This document shows positions 29,021-42,697 of a stretch of 64,000 nt of DNA, piece after piece. A program made the position numbers and the translations under genes. This stretch comes from Eledone cirrhosa. Lineage: Eukaryota. Numbering within the stretch: the first letter of the stretch is position 1; each line of letters begins with the position of its first letter. The stretch is from contig OZ024743.1 of the NCBI GenBank assembly GCA_964016885.1, positions 107,942,001 through 108,006,000 on the forward strand, read 5' to 3'. The notes beneath the pieces are model-generated. The model saw nothing but the letters and a program-made list of their open reading frames with translations. It had not been told where the DNA came from and ran no database searches.

Positions 29021-29509
29021 ATATATGTATGTATATATGGAGAGGGGGAGGGGGAGAGTAAGAAGTATATACAAGTAAAAACACAGCATACCTAGTATTA
29101 TTGTAGAATGTTCCGGGAGTAGTTTAGGATTTTGCAGAGATGACATAATGAAAGCATCTCTCTCTCTCCCTTACTTATCTCCCTCCAACTCGTTGACTCC
29201 CTCATTCTCACACGCATTTGTTTGCACTTTCCCTCAACACCACTTTCTTCTATTTACTCCCTTCTTGTCTCTCTCTCTCACTCTCTCTCTCATCACTATC
29301 CGCAAGCATAATATAAGTCAAATGAAATTTCTACCAGTTTGTGGACCAGAAGAATTTATTTTGGTAATCAATATTCTAAGATGTAATTAGTGATTTGATT
29401 ACATCAGGAGAGAAACTTAATTGTTTGATTACATCAGCCGAAAAACCTAATTATTTCCTATAAATAAATAGTAACTGAACATCTGTTATTTCTATATATG
29501 ATACTAATT

Positions 29510-30035
29510 TGCAGAATAATAAAATAGTTAGTTTCTACTAATTTTCTATCTAATTAAAATAACCAAACAAACAAACTTTCGTTGCCAAATATTGAGACTT
29601 ATGATTCATTGTCGAATGGAAACAAGTCGTTCATCAGAACGGACAAAGAAATAATATTTCCATTGGTTTTTCCATTGCTGATACTATTTGACATACATCA
29701 GATCGGACCAGTGAAATACTGTTTCCATCGCCCCTTCCTTAGCTGATACTACCTACCGGTCGCAATATGTGGCAGAAGTATCGACGTAAAATCGATATAT
29801 ATGATATTCATTTGAAAAATAACAAAATAGTTAGTTTCACCTAATTTTCTGTCTACCTAAAATATACAAACAAGAAAGAAGCAATATTGTTTTATTGCCA
29901 AATACTAAGTCGGATGTCTTAATGTGAAAATGAATGGAAAAACGAGCAGCTTCTCTGATTGCACCAAGAAAACAACATATCCCTCGTTTGTACATTTTTC
30001 TTACAATCTACCTGGCGCAAATCCTGGAAGAAAAA
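29510..30035. repeat. Diverged ~300-bp tandem duplication with internal ~65-bp repeat; related copy at about 1470-1557
   Basis: AAAATAGTTAGTTTC...CTAATTTTCT at about 29521 and 29824. CATCAGA.CGGAC motif at 29632 and 29696, and similar at 1473. Confidence 0.7.
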
Positions 30036-30844
30036 TCAGCCTCAAATAAAGAATCTTGCTCAAGAACACGGACTAGGAACCCGAACCGCCGCTCGGACAA
30101 GGAACCGACCCCACAGAATAAAACTAATGTGGTTGGCTGATTAGTGTCACCAACATATTCAAAATAAGTACTTAAATAGTGATATATAATTGATTTGTAT
30201 AAATAGCTGGTATACACATAAAAAGATATATACGCGCGAGCATACACACATACATACATACATACATACATACATACGTGTGTATGTGTGTGTGTGTGTG
30301 TGCGTGTTTGTGCATGTATGTACGTTGATAGATATTTGTATATGTGATGACTGTAACGTGATGATTGACTTTTTCTGGCTATAAACTGCTTGCTTGGAGC
30401 ACGAATATCAGAGATTTACTTTGCAAAGTTCAACAAAGGAATATATGACCCATTTTTATGAATATTATCCGGCAAGACGTATTTTTCTTTTGCCTGACCA
30501 AACAGAAGATGAATTAGCGTTGCTAGGAAACTAGAGAACACATAGTTGAAATGGTCCAAGTAGATTTAGAAGATATAGAAGATGTCGAAGATGTGTAAGA
30601 GTTAATAACAAGTCAGAGAGAGAGGTGGAGATGGAAACAGTGGTTAGAGAGATACACAAGCTAAGATTATAGAGGTCAACAAACAGCGGAAGGAATTAAT
30701 GCGCTTTGTAGGTAGACATTTGAGGACATACATACACACGTGTATATATGTATGTATGGGTGGGGCAGATGGTGTATGTGTGTATGTACAAACATGTTTT
30801 TATGCGTATAAACATATGTATATATTTGTATATATATATATATT

Positions 30845-30931
<87 letters not shown>

Positions 30932-30956
30932 CACACACAAACACATAAATACAAAC

Positions 30957-30991
<35 letters not shown>

Positions 30992-31019
30992 AATATAATA
31001 TATAATATATATATGTATA

Positions 31020-31122
<103 letters not shown>

Positions 31123-31404
31123 CTGTGTATGTGAATATATTTTACACTCACATACACACATATACATATATCGAAAGGTGGGAGTATAGATGTATGTGGG
31201 TATTTCTGTGTATATGTGTGTATCTAAATCTACATATAGCGTTTCAAGTGTTGCGAATGTGAACTCCATTGGACGGTCCATAACCAGTAACTAAAAGATA
31301 AAATAGCAATAAGAACAGGAGAGTGGAATAGAAGGTATTAAAACATTGAAGCAACCGAGGAAACCAGCCACCGAAAATATAGATGGTAAGTAACTGATAA
31401 GATT

Positions 31405-31508
<104 letters not shown>

Positions 31509-31765
31509 TGAGATATGTGGATTATATCCCTTGATGGTTTTTGATGGTTGACTTTCACAATAAACATGTCAGGTATGCTTCACAATAGCTGTGTTGGTGT
31601 AGGGGGCGGTCAACATTGTAGACGTTGCTCTCTTAAGTAATGGTGGGGTGATTTCTATTTCATCTTCACGGTAGATGGTACATATTCTGCATTATGTTAG
31701 ATAGTGATGGAGATCGTTTTGCTATAAAGATAGCGATAACACCAGTGATGGACGAACGATTGCCA

Positions 31766-31820
<55 letters not shown>

Positions 31821-31963
31821 TACAGTAAACCCAAGTAGATCAAAGAATGTAAAAAGAAATATGGATATGGTAGGATTGGCATGAAAAGAATGAGCGAGAT
31901 TGAAAATTAAGAAGTTCGAGGGAAATCTCGGGAATTCAAATGCCCTCCTCTGTAATAAAAAAA

Positions 31964-32075
31964 AAAAATCATTTAATCGAGGGAACCCGGTTACTCTGTT
32001 GCTATATATATATATATATATATACATATATATATAGCAACAGTGTAACCGGGTTCCCCCGATTAAATGATTTTT
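31964..32075. repeat. Inverted duplication centred on (TA)n
   Basis: ATCATTTAATCGAGGGAACCCGGTTACTCTGTTGC and GCAACAGTGTAACCGGGTTCCCCCGATTAAATGAT. Confidence 0.92.
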
Positions 32076-32081
32076 AAATGA

Positions 32082-32118
<37 letters not shown>

Positions 32119-32232
32119 GTGTGTTTTTTTAACAAAATGAAAAATAACCGAGGTGTCCTACACGAGTGAAAGTATAAGGAAAAATGATGAAATCGAAAGT
32201 CCAACAGTTGCATTTTCGATTTCAGCTTTTTT

Positions 32233-32309
<77 letters not shown>

Positions 32310-32455
32310 AAGTTAAACAATTTTAAAAGGCTAAAGAACACAATCCCACATACAACCATTCACACAATATGTACATATGTACACAATATTGGATGGCCGT
32401 TAAATCTCATGAGTCCATTCGCTCTTTGTCAGGTTTTGTGTTTCATACTGCACCT

Positions 32456-32645
32456 CAGGCATGTCAACCATGCGGCCCGTTAGAAGCACACCTGTGGCCC
32501 GCACAAAGGTTTTTACAGCACGAGCATAATATAAAATAAAAAAAATATTAGTTGTAATGTGCGGAATTAGTTGTCATATGTGGCCCTCTGACAAAACATA
32601 TATGACGCATGCGGTCCCCGGAGTACCCTCAGTTTGACATGCCTG
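32456..32645. mobile_element. hAT (Charlie-like) MITE, 190 bp
   Basis: TIRs CAGGCATGTCAA / TTGACATGCCTG, subterminal G(C/T)GGCCC motifs, degenerate 8-bp TSD CTGCACCT / CTGCAGCG. Confidence 0.8.
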
Positions 32646-32797
32646 CTGCAGCGTGTCCAAAATCCTCCTCCTCACCAAGCAGGCTTAGTGGAGATGTCAG
32701 TCTAATCGCCGACGGCCGACCATGCGACAGGTTGAACAGGCTTACATGTTACCAGTAGCACTCAAGAGTGACCTGACATACATTTTTTACTTTAAAA

Positions 32798-32935
32798 TTT
32801 CACGCTGTCAAAAGCTTTTGTGAAGTCAAAGCCAATGAAGGTAATGTGCACAGGTTTGTTGAATTCTATTGATTTTTCATTGATTTGTTCAATAGCTAGG
32901 ATCTGCTCAATTGTGTCTCTGCCAGGTCGATACGC
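32798..32935 (-). pseudogene. RTE-like non-LTR reverse transcriptase fragment (not in the ORF track)
   Basis: Manual translation AYRPGRDTIEQILAIEQINEKSIEFNKPVHITFIGFDFTKAFDSV matches the RT GFRxGRSTxxQI...FIDFxKAFDSV segment. Confidence 0.8.
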
Positions 32936-33227
32936 AGTTAGTGACAACGCTTAAACAAAACGCCGATTAACAAAATATACATCAACCTACTGAAAGTTTC
33001 TTACACCAACTCAAAGCATATAACAAAACAGATCTGGGAACTACATGGTGTATAGACATCTTGGAGGGAGTAATGCAAGGGGATGTACTATCGCACTTAT
33101 TTTCTCTATCTTTATAGTTGCACCAATTTAATAAATTGAAAAAGAATGCTCCTCCGGCTATCAAATAGGATGTCAAATCCTATCTAAGCTTAGCTATGCA
33201 GACGTTCTGGGCACCATACCCCCCCCC

Positions 33228-33284
<57 letters not shown>

Positions 33285-33921
33285 GGGGGGGTGCATTATG
33301 TTCACAAGAAAAATAGTTAATATCTTCATTATTGTTGTTGTTATAACTACTATTACTATTATTACTACACGATACAATGATTGATTCTATATGTCTACCA
33401 GCTTTATATCAGAGAGACATAGAGAAAGAAAGAGAAGATTTGTGCATGAATATGCACATTTGTGTGTTTACGGATTTGGTATGTATATATATATATATGT
33501 TTGTGTGTTTGCATAATTTGCAAGGTTAATAGATGCAAAGAATGGCTTAGATTACGAATCGAAACGACAATCCTCATGTTTATCGCTCAAATAACACTCG
33601 ATGACGTTTAATCGCATTTACAACTTCTTTCTCTAAAACAAATATAGTTAGTGTTATCTCTTAGCTGCTTGATGTTTTACTTCTTGTAGATTTTCTTCTT
33701 GTAGTGTTAATTTTGTTTTCTTTCTTTTTTTTCTCCAATGCATTCCACTACTACAATGTTTCGTATCAGCACGATTCTATCGGTAGCAACGAAAGCATTT
33801 ATTCTCAAATTGTTTATCGGCATAGTAGCAAAGTGTTTTATTATTGTTCACTCATAATTTCAATGTTTCATCTATGACAAATTCCATATCTCAATTCAGT
33901 CTTCTGCAAGACGGGAACGAT

Positions 33922-33963
33922 TGAAAGAATTAGTGTAGGTAAAAGGAGCACTATATTTAGTTA

Positions 33964-34027
<64 letters not shown>

Positions 34028-34352
34028 CCTTACGGGGTCGATAAAATTAAGTACTAGTAATTAACTGGAATAATTACTGGCCTTGTGCCAATAGTAGAAA
34101 CAATAATATATATGAAAGAATTAGTGTAGGAAAAAGGTGCACTATATTTAGTTACAGTTTATATATATATATATATATATAAACTGTAACTAAATATAGT
34201 GCTCCTTTTTCCTACACTAATTCGTTCATATATATAAGGATGAAAGGCTAAGTTAACCGCGGCGAGATTTGAACTCAGAGCATAAAGGGGAGTAACTCTA
34301 TGCTGGAAGGCATGGCGTCCGACCCTCTACCAACACTGCCAATTCACCGTCC
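33922..34352. other. Complex rearrangement: split SINE with oppositely oriented halves and a triplicated flank
   Basis: Flank copies at about 33923 (+), 34113 (+) and 34181-34230 (-). SINE 3' half at 34027-34105 (+) and 5' half at 34235-34352 (-). Confidence 0.8.
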
Positions 34353-35100
34353 TTTCTTATATATAATACTAGAGCACTGGAGGGTTATATCCGTAGTAGT
34401 AGAGCACTCAGTCATTGGGACGAGTTTGGTAGAAATAGTTCCACAACAGTTAGTTCACCATACCGCGAACAAATGTTTCACCTTATGCGGATTTTCAGCT
34501 TGTTCTGAGTCAGACCGATATATATGTATGTGTGTGTTGTATCTGAGAGAGAGACAGAGAGAGAGAGGTATACCTTTAAGTTATAATGACAGTGTACTCG
34601 ATTGCGTGGGCTAAAACATAAATACTAATATACATACAAATAGAAAGCAAAATGCAGGTATCAATATCACATTGTATATCTCTTTTAACTTCATACAGAT
34701 TCTTTCGATTAGATCTTCACATAGCATTCATATTAAATCTCATGTGGTGTGTCAACTTAACTATTAACATGTATACATGATTACTATCTAAAACTGATGT
34801 CAAGAGTCTACATAAATATAAACGAATTCTTCCTACGGTATGTTATAGCGTTTGTATTTGTCTGTGCTCAGTCAGAAATGAAAAAATGAGAAATAGAAGA
34901 AATCTATTCAAGCCTGTTCAGCAATGTGACAAAACAATTAAGTCTCATGCATAACTGAAACATATCTAATCTTGAAAACCTTTATATACCTTCGGGCTAA
35001 CTAAATATGAGACCAGATATAGTCACTGAATATTACCACTTCGAGAAGTACCTCCTGAAACATTGCAAGACCTTTCCACCACCTAATTAAATTGAATAAT

Positions 35101-35722
35101 AATTGTTTCTACTTTTGGCACAAGACCAGCAAATACTCAGTACATTACTGGTACTTTTATTTTATCGACGCCGTAAGGATGAAAGGCAAAGTTAACCTCG
35201 GCGGGATTTGAATTCGGTCCGTAAAGGGTCGTAACTCTATGCTGGAAAGCATAGCGTCAGACCTACCGATACTGTCAATTCACCGCTCTTAATTAAATGT
35301 AATAATAATTGTTTCTACTTTTGGCACAAGGCCAGCAATAACCCAGTACATTACTGGTACTTTATTTTATTGAACCCGTAAGGATGAAAGGCAAAGTTAA
35401 CCTCGGCAGGATTTGAACACAGTCCGTAAAGGGACGTAACTGTGCTGCAAAGCATGGCGTCCGACCCTCTACCGATACTGCCAATCCACCATTAAATGTA
35501 ATAATAATGGTTTGTTATGTAGGCACAAGACCAGTAAATTGGGGGGAGAGGAAAGTCGATTAAATTGACCCCAGTGCGTGACTGGTACTTTATTTTATCG
35601 AGCCATAAGGATGAAAGGCAAAGTTAACCTCGGCGGGATTTGAGCTCAGATCATAAAGATCCGTAACTCTATGCTGCTGCAAAGCATAGCGTCCGACCCT
35701 TTACCGATACTGCCAATCCACC
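35101..35722 (-). mobile_element. Three tandem full-length SINE family 1 copies separated by ATTAAATGTAATAATAAT
   Basis: Copies at 35101-35286, 35307-35490 and 35506-35722 (the last is the long variant). Confidence 0.92.
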
Positions 35723-36434
35723 ATTAAATGTAATAATAATAATAATGAAATACTTACCCGGAGAAATGACACATTCTCTCAATTTACTCTTCACTGTAAA
35801 TACACTATTAGATACACCTGATCACTCGATATATTATAACAAATATTTATATATTTTTAAATGTTTAGCTTTGCATATCAACACACTAAATTTGGACCAT
35901 TAGCTGGCTATTTACCTAGAGTAAACCCACTCTCACTATTTCTCTTTTCAGTTGTTTACCAACAAATATACGTGCCCTATCTTTTATAATAATATAGATT
36001 AATAAATTTCCAAACCTCCAAATGTATCTCAATTTAGCAATACATTATTTCCCGATGGCCTCACCCGTGGCCATGTCATATAAAATTCCTGCACCTAAGT
36101 TACTCCAATGGAAATATCTCACCCTAATAATATTTACATGTAATAAGTTATACAGCGTATAATGTTTTACACGAACTGCAATAGCTGAAATTTAACTTTA
36201 TAGCGGGGTTGTATGAGGAACTGGTTGTATTTGTCGTCTACTTGTGTCTTTGCATATACGAAGCATCATCCTTGAATTTACGATGTATTTTCCTTAACAG
36301 GCTGTATAATTTTTATATACGTTTCATTATGACAAGTGTAGTGAGTACTCTAATTTTGATAGTATAAGCACCTGCAATTTCAGTGAATGTATAAATGAAT
36401 CTGTTCGTAAGTATATACATATATACATACATAC

Positions 36435-36472
<38 letters not shown>

Positions 36473-36709
36473 GAGGTGAGTTTTATTGTAGTACTTATAT
36501 ATATATATATATATATATATGTATACATATTTGTGTGTGTGTGTGTGCCTATAACATTAGGGAGATGTGTGTGTGCACGCGTGTGTAATTATCATATCAT
36601 CATAAAAACACATGTATTCTGCATTATCATATATTTAGTCCTTTGGTGATTTGTAGATTTATCGATCATCTTTCAAAGAATATATATATATATATGTGTG
36701 TGTGTATGT

Positions 36710-36763
<54 letters not shown>

Positions 36764-37740
36764 CCGTACGTACATAACCTCTTCCTCCCTATTATAATTG
36801 ACATCGTTAAGGCGTGATTAGGCGGAAACATTATATTACTTTTCTTTGAAAATATCTGAAACCGAATCATGCGTTAAAACTCTCTGAACATTCTTATCAT
36901 CTCATCATCCTTTTAATCATCATTATATCGTCATTTTTCATTACCATTACCATCATAATTGTTATCATCTCCATCATTATCATCACCATCGACATCATCA
37001 TCATCATCATTGGTACGTCATCAGCGTCCATGTCTTCGTCATTCATATACCCTCCACCAACAACGATAACAGCAACTCCGACAACAACACAACAGCATCA
37101 TCATTACCCCCACCAACATACCCGTTGACTTCAATGCCAGAAACACAAACAACAACGACAACAACATTTCTAGGAACAAACAAAAAACAGATCAACACCA
37201 ACTCAATCACAACCAGCCAACCAATAACTTCAACATTAAAGCAACAATAAAAACACTACCAGGAATAAAATGAACCAGAACAGCTCCAACACCAACAGCA
37301 ACGCATCCACAAACAGAACCAGCATGCCAATACTATCAAGACCACAAATAAAAAAAGAATACAAAATTCCACCAACATCCACAACACATAGCTAAAACCA
37401 AAGTCGAGTTAGTTGGGTTTTGTTTTAAATTCAACATATAGCTACCCGAGTACTGCTTATTGTCGTAAGTGGCATTGAAATGGTTTGGTGTCACGAAGGG
37501 CATCGGGTCATAAAACATTACCGTTAAAAGAATATTCAATGGTAAATAGGAATCTTGTCATGGGATGTAAAACACCATTTTTCATGCTTCGACAAGGAGC
37601 ATATCCTTAAATCGTATGAGAATTTCTGCGACAATAAGTAACGAATTGAATATTGTAGGTTGATCTAATTGCCTGTACATGTGCACATACACACACATAC
37701 ATACACAACACGTAGAGATATGTACACATATTTAGGTATG

Positions 37741-37796
<56 letters not shown>

Positions 37797-37889
37797 CTCA
37801 CATAAACATACACCACACATAAACATGCATATATATTTAGAGATTTATGCACACATACATCACACACAAAGACATACTTTTCACATATT

Positions 37890-37926
<37 letters not shown>

Positions 37927-37945
37927 GCATGCACACATACAAACG

Positions 37946-37989
<44 letters not shown>

Positions 37990-38340
37990 TGTGAGGTCTT
38001 GTACCGAAATTAGAAATCAATACCAGAAATAAAGTGACTTTCGACATAACACCTGTTATTATCAACTTCTCACACCTAATTACTATTTTTCAATGGTAGC
38101 AATGGTGGTGTTGGAGCTCATGGTGGTGATATTAATGGTGAAGTTAGTGGTAGTGGTAGTGCTGGTGGTAGATGTACTGGTGCTTGTGCTGGTGGTGGTG
38201 GTGGTGGTGGCGGTGGTGGACGCCGTGGTAGTTGTTAATATGTTACTATTGATGTAGTTGTTGGTGATACCAGCAGTAGCAATAGCTGTGTTCGTCGTCA
38301 TTGTTTTAATGTACTATTGTTGATGGTCTTGTTGTTAACT

Positions 38341-38400
<60 letters not shown>

Positions 38401-38606
38401 TTGGTTTCGGTGGTGGTAGTCGTTCTGTTAATGAGTTACTATTGATGTTAACGTTCTCACGGTTGCTGCTGATTACTTTTTGTGATTTACGAAGGATCAG
38501 CTGTACTTTTAAGAAAATTTATTGTAAATCTGACATCGATTTCTTTCGTATATTTTTGCAAAGAAGGTAATATTTAATTAGTGACATCAACGAAAACAAC
38601 AACAGC

Positions 38607-38651
<45 letters not shown>

Positions 38652-38652
<1 letters not shown>

Positions 38653-39045
38653 TAGACCTGACCTGGTGGTTGTGGACAAAGAAAAAAGATCGTGCCTGAT
38701 TGTGGATGTGGCCTGCCCGTTCGACACGAGAGTGCAAGAGAAGGAGAGGGAGAAAATTAACCGATACCAGGACCTAAAGTGGGAGGTGAAAAGGATTTGG
38801 AACTGCCATGAAGTCAAAGTGATCCCGATTGTCATAGGCGCACTGGGGACTATCTCCAAAGGTTTCCAGGGATGGTTAAAGAAAATCGGCCCCTTCACGC
38901 TTTTTGGAACGCTTCAAAAGGCATGCTTGCTTGGAACGGCAAGAACCCTCCGATACGTCCTGAATATCTGAGGCTGCAGGTAGTGGCTTGATATTCAATC
39001 CAACGGACTTTCCAGTTAACCAACATCAATGACTGAGATTCAGGG
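38652..39045 (+). mobile_element. 5'-truncated R4/Dong-like RLE LINE (PD-(D/E)xK endonuclease C-terminus plus 3' UTR) in (AAT)n
   Basis: RPDLVVVDKEKRSCLIVDVACPFD..EKINRYQDL..VIPIVIGALG..LQKACLLGTARTLR. (AAT)n on both sides. Near-identical to 42039-42440. Confidence 0.88.
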
Positions 39046-39057
39046 AATAACAATAAC

Positions 39058-39093
<36 letters not shown>

Positions 39094-41251
39094 TTCATTT
39101 ATTGCCACAAGGGCCGACATGTAGGGGACAATACAAAGACAGGGACAGTGGGGGTTTACAATAAGGTCGAGTAAAAGTGCACAATGGCAAGACTAATTTA
39201 ACTGAAAATATAAAATATAAAATGAACTATGCAAAATATAACAAAATAAATTCCCCGATAGGGGGTGGACGACCCTGGGGTGATTCGGGTACCCCACCAA
39301 TCCTGAACCACCCTGCGCTTCTAGGGCACCCAGGAGAGCACCCCTCTCCACAAGTTAGCTAGCCTATAGTCGCATGGTCAGAGTAGGCCCATTCACACGA
39401 GCCATTCTCGCCACATTCACCCACCTTTTAGCAAATGTACTGGGGGGCAGCACTTCTCTCTCCACCCTCACCCTCCTTTCCAGGTGAAACTTGAAGAAGT
39501 TGATGAGGGATTGGCCGAAGAGAAAAGTGTCTGTCTTTAGTCCTTTCAACCTGGTCCACCATATAATCTCTTTCGCAACTGCCACCAGACAGAGGAAAAT
39601 GTCCTGCTCTTCCTGACCTAAGGAAGGTGGCGGCTCGATCTTCACTATGGACTCGGCCGATAACTGGATTCGTTCCACGCGCGACAGTAGCTGTTCGACA
39701 TAACTCCACAAGTCAGTAATGCACGGACATTGGACAAGTGCGTGCAGAGCGGTTTCGTCGTTCTGTGCGCATCTTGGGCAGGTCCGTCTGACAGCACTTC
39801 TGTGCCTGTAGAGTTTATCCCGAACCGGCAGTGCACCCCGGTAGCACTGCCAAGCGAGGGATTTTTGGAAATTGTCCATCGTCCCCGGCTCAAAAGTTCT
39901 CCGGTACAGACTGGCCAGTTCGACTTCGTCGAGGCCCAAAGCTTCTCGGAGTGCGTCATCGCACTTGCCCACCACTAATCCTCTATAGAACTCGAGAGTG
40001 GAAGTTCCACTGATCGCATTTCCCGCTTGGTAGAGGGCAGTGAGTGCCTGGCAACATTCCAGGTGCCAGTCACCCAGTCTCGGTCTCTTCTTGACCCAGG
40101 ACTGCAGCTCACTCAAAGAAATGAGCTGCGGCAACCACACCTGTTCACCATTGAGGCAGAATATCTGGAGATGTCGCAGCCTCAACGCATGTCTGCGCAT
40201 CATTAGCCACGGCATGCCCAGCCCTCCGCGTAGAGGGTGCTGGCAGCAGATGGACCGCCTCACCAACGGAACTTGTCCCCTCCACAAGAATTTGAAGAGG
40301 AGCCGTTCCAACTTGATGAGGCGCGGACGGGGGCAAGGCACGACGGTTAGGCGGTAATAGATGACGGACGCGATGTACGCATTCGCCACCTCCGCGCGAC
40401 CTTTCAGGGATAGCTTCCTCCCAGCCCATTTTTGGGTGAGACTGGCTACTCTGCTCGTTACCTCGTCCCAATTCTTTTCCACCAGGAGGTCTGGTCCGAA
40501 CCAAACCCCGAGCAACTTTACTGGTCCGTCCGTCCAGCGCCCCACGGCGCTGTTGGACGGCATGGGCTTGCCTCTCCAGGTTCCGAGCTGCAAGCCCACC
40601 GACTTTTCCGGGTTAAGTTTGGCTCCTGTCAACCTTTCATATTTCTTCAATAAGGTGCCGACCACCTCGATTTCTGAGGTGTTCGACACCATCACGGTGA
40701 TGTCGTCCGCATAAGCCGACACCGCCTTTCTACGTCCCGGTTCGAGCGGGATGCCCTGCAACAGCTCCAGCTTCCGCAGTAAAGGCTCGAGAGTCAATAC
40801 GTACAGAAGGACCGATCGGGAGAGCCGAAATGGTTCCGAGAGGTGGCCATTAACCTTGACCACCGAGCGTGTGCCGCTGTACATTGCAACGATCCAGCTT
40901 CTAAAGACAGGGCCGAAACCAGCTGCTTTGAGGACAAACTCCAGATACCGATGGTCGACCCTACCGAATGTTTCGATTGATCTAAATTGATCAGTGCCCC
41001 ACCGAAGCCAGGTTTACACCCTACCCTCTCTATGATGTATCGCATGAGGTGGAGATTGTCGTGTATGGACCTGGCTGGGATTGCGCAAGTTTGCACCTCC
41101 CCAACCAAATCCTCGACGACAAGTGCCAATCTCTTTGCTAACACCTTGGCCAAAATCTTAAACTCTGTGTTGAGCAGAGTTATGGGCCTGAAGTTGTCTA
41201 ATGTAGCCCTCTTGTTCTCGTCTTTCCTTATCAGCGTCACCACTCCCCTGC

Positions 41252-41252
<1 letters not shown>
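39094..41252 (-). mobile_element. 5'-truncated Tx1/L1-clade LINE ORF2 remnant (RT plus C-terminal zinc knuckle), frameshifted
   Basis: NFRPITLLNTEFKILAKVLA, AYADD, GGLG and CPRC..ETALHALVQC motifs. AATAAA then (ATT)n at the 3' end. The expected QGCPLSP motif is missing (SRSV-LLYVL). Confidence 0.9.
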
Positions 41253-41325
<73 letters not shown>

Positions 41326-42440
41326 GCTGAAGAAAAATAAATGGATAGGAAGACTAGGAAGCTATTGACTATCTACAACATGTTCCACAAGAGGAGTGAT
41401 GTCGATAGACTCTACTTAAGGAGATCTGAAGGTGGAAGAGGTCTTATCAGCATAGAGGACTGTGTTCAGGTGGAGAAAAACAACCTACACAAATACGTGA
41501 CCGATAGTAAGGAGCCAATGCTCAGAATTGTACTGAAGGAGAGACAATAGAGCAGGGGATGTCCAAGGAGGAAATAACAACAAGGAGAAAGAGCAGCCTT
41601 CATGAAAAATCCCTTCATAGGACCTTCTTTGAGAAAACGGAATTTAGAGATCCACAGACATGGAAGTGGTTGAGAAGAGGAGACCTTAAAAAGGCTACAG
41701 AAGGAATGCTAATGGCTGCGCAAGAGCAGGACTTCAAAACGAAGTGGCTGAAACACCATATTTACAAGGAGGAGGCTAGCCCACTGTGCAGGATCTGTGG
41801 AGAGAGAGAGGAGACTGTGGCTCACATTGTATCCGAGTGTAAACACCTAGCCCAGACTCACTATAAAGGCTGGAGACATGATGTGATGGGCAGGGTGATC
41901 ACTGGCACCTATGCAAAGTCAACAATTTACCACATTCTGAGAAGTGGTATGAGCATAAGCCAGAGTCGGTGATAGAAAACGATCAGGTGAAGTTGCTATG
42001 GGATTTTAGGATACAGACGGACAAGAAACTGGAACACAATAGACCTGACCTGGCGGTTGTGGACAAAGAAAAAAGATCGTGCCTGATCGTGGATGTGGCC
42101 TGCCCATTCGACACGAGAGTGCAAGAGAAGGAGAGGGAGAAAATTAACCGATACCAGGACTTAAAGTGGGAGGTAAAAAGGATTTGGAACTGCCATGAAG
42201 TAAAAGTGGTCCCGATTGTCATAGGCGCACTAGGTACTATCTCAAAAAGGTTTCCAGGGATGGTTAAAGAAAATTGCCCCCCCCCCCCCCCCGCTTTTTG
42301 GAACACTTCAAAAGGCATGGTTGCTGGGAACAGCAAGAACCCTCCGATACGTCCTGAATATCTGAGGCTGCAGGTAATGGCCTGATATTCATTTCAACAA
42401 ACTTTCCAGTTAACTAACATCAATGACTGAGACTCAAAGA
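41326..42440 (+). mobile_element. 5'-truncated R4/Dong-like RLE LINE (thumb, CCHC finger, RLE), with stops and frameshifts
   Basis: DRKTRKLLT..DVDRLYLRRSEGGRGL, AAQEQ, CRICG..ETVAHIVSEC, RHD, LWDFRIQTD..NRPD. (AAT)n at both ends. Confidence 0.92.
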
Positions 42441-42482
42441 ACAACAATAATAATATTAATAATAATTGTTTCTAAATAATGA

Positions 42483-42697
42483 TGATTTCTAGTATAGGCA
42501 CAAGAACAGTAATTTGGAGGAAGGGGAAAGTCGATTAAATCGATTCCAATGCGTGACTGGTACTTTATTTTACCGACCTTGTAAGTTTGAGATGCAAAGT
42601 TAACCTCGGCTGGATTTGAACTCAAACCGTAAAGGGGCATAACTCTATGCTGCAAAGCATGTCGTCCGACGCTCTACCGATACTGGCAAACCACCCC
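42483..42697 (-). mobile_element. SINE family 1, long variant, next to the LINE (AAT)n tail
   Basis: Matches 13124-13341. Confidence 0.85.

Noticed and set aside
35752-35820. Possible 60-nt minus-strand exon (GVSNSVFTVKSKLRECVISPG) with a GTAAGT donor
   Set aside because: Weak acceptor, no recognisable homology and no partner exons; needs RNA-seq.
39645-41256. Several overlapping plus- and minus-strand ORFs
   Set aside because: Shadow frames of the GC-rich Tx1-like LINE.
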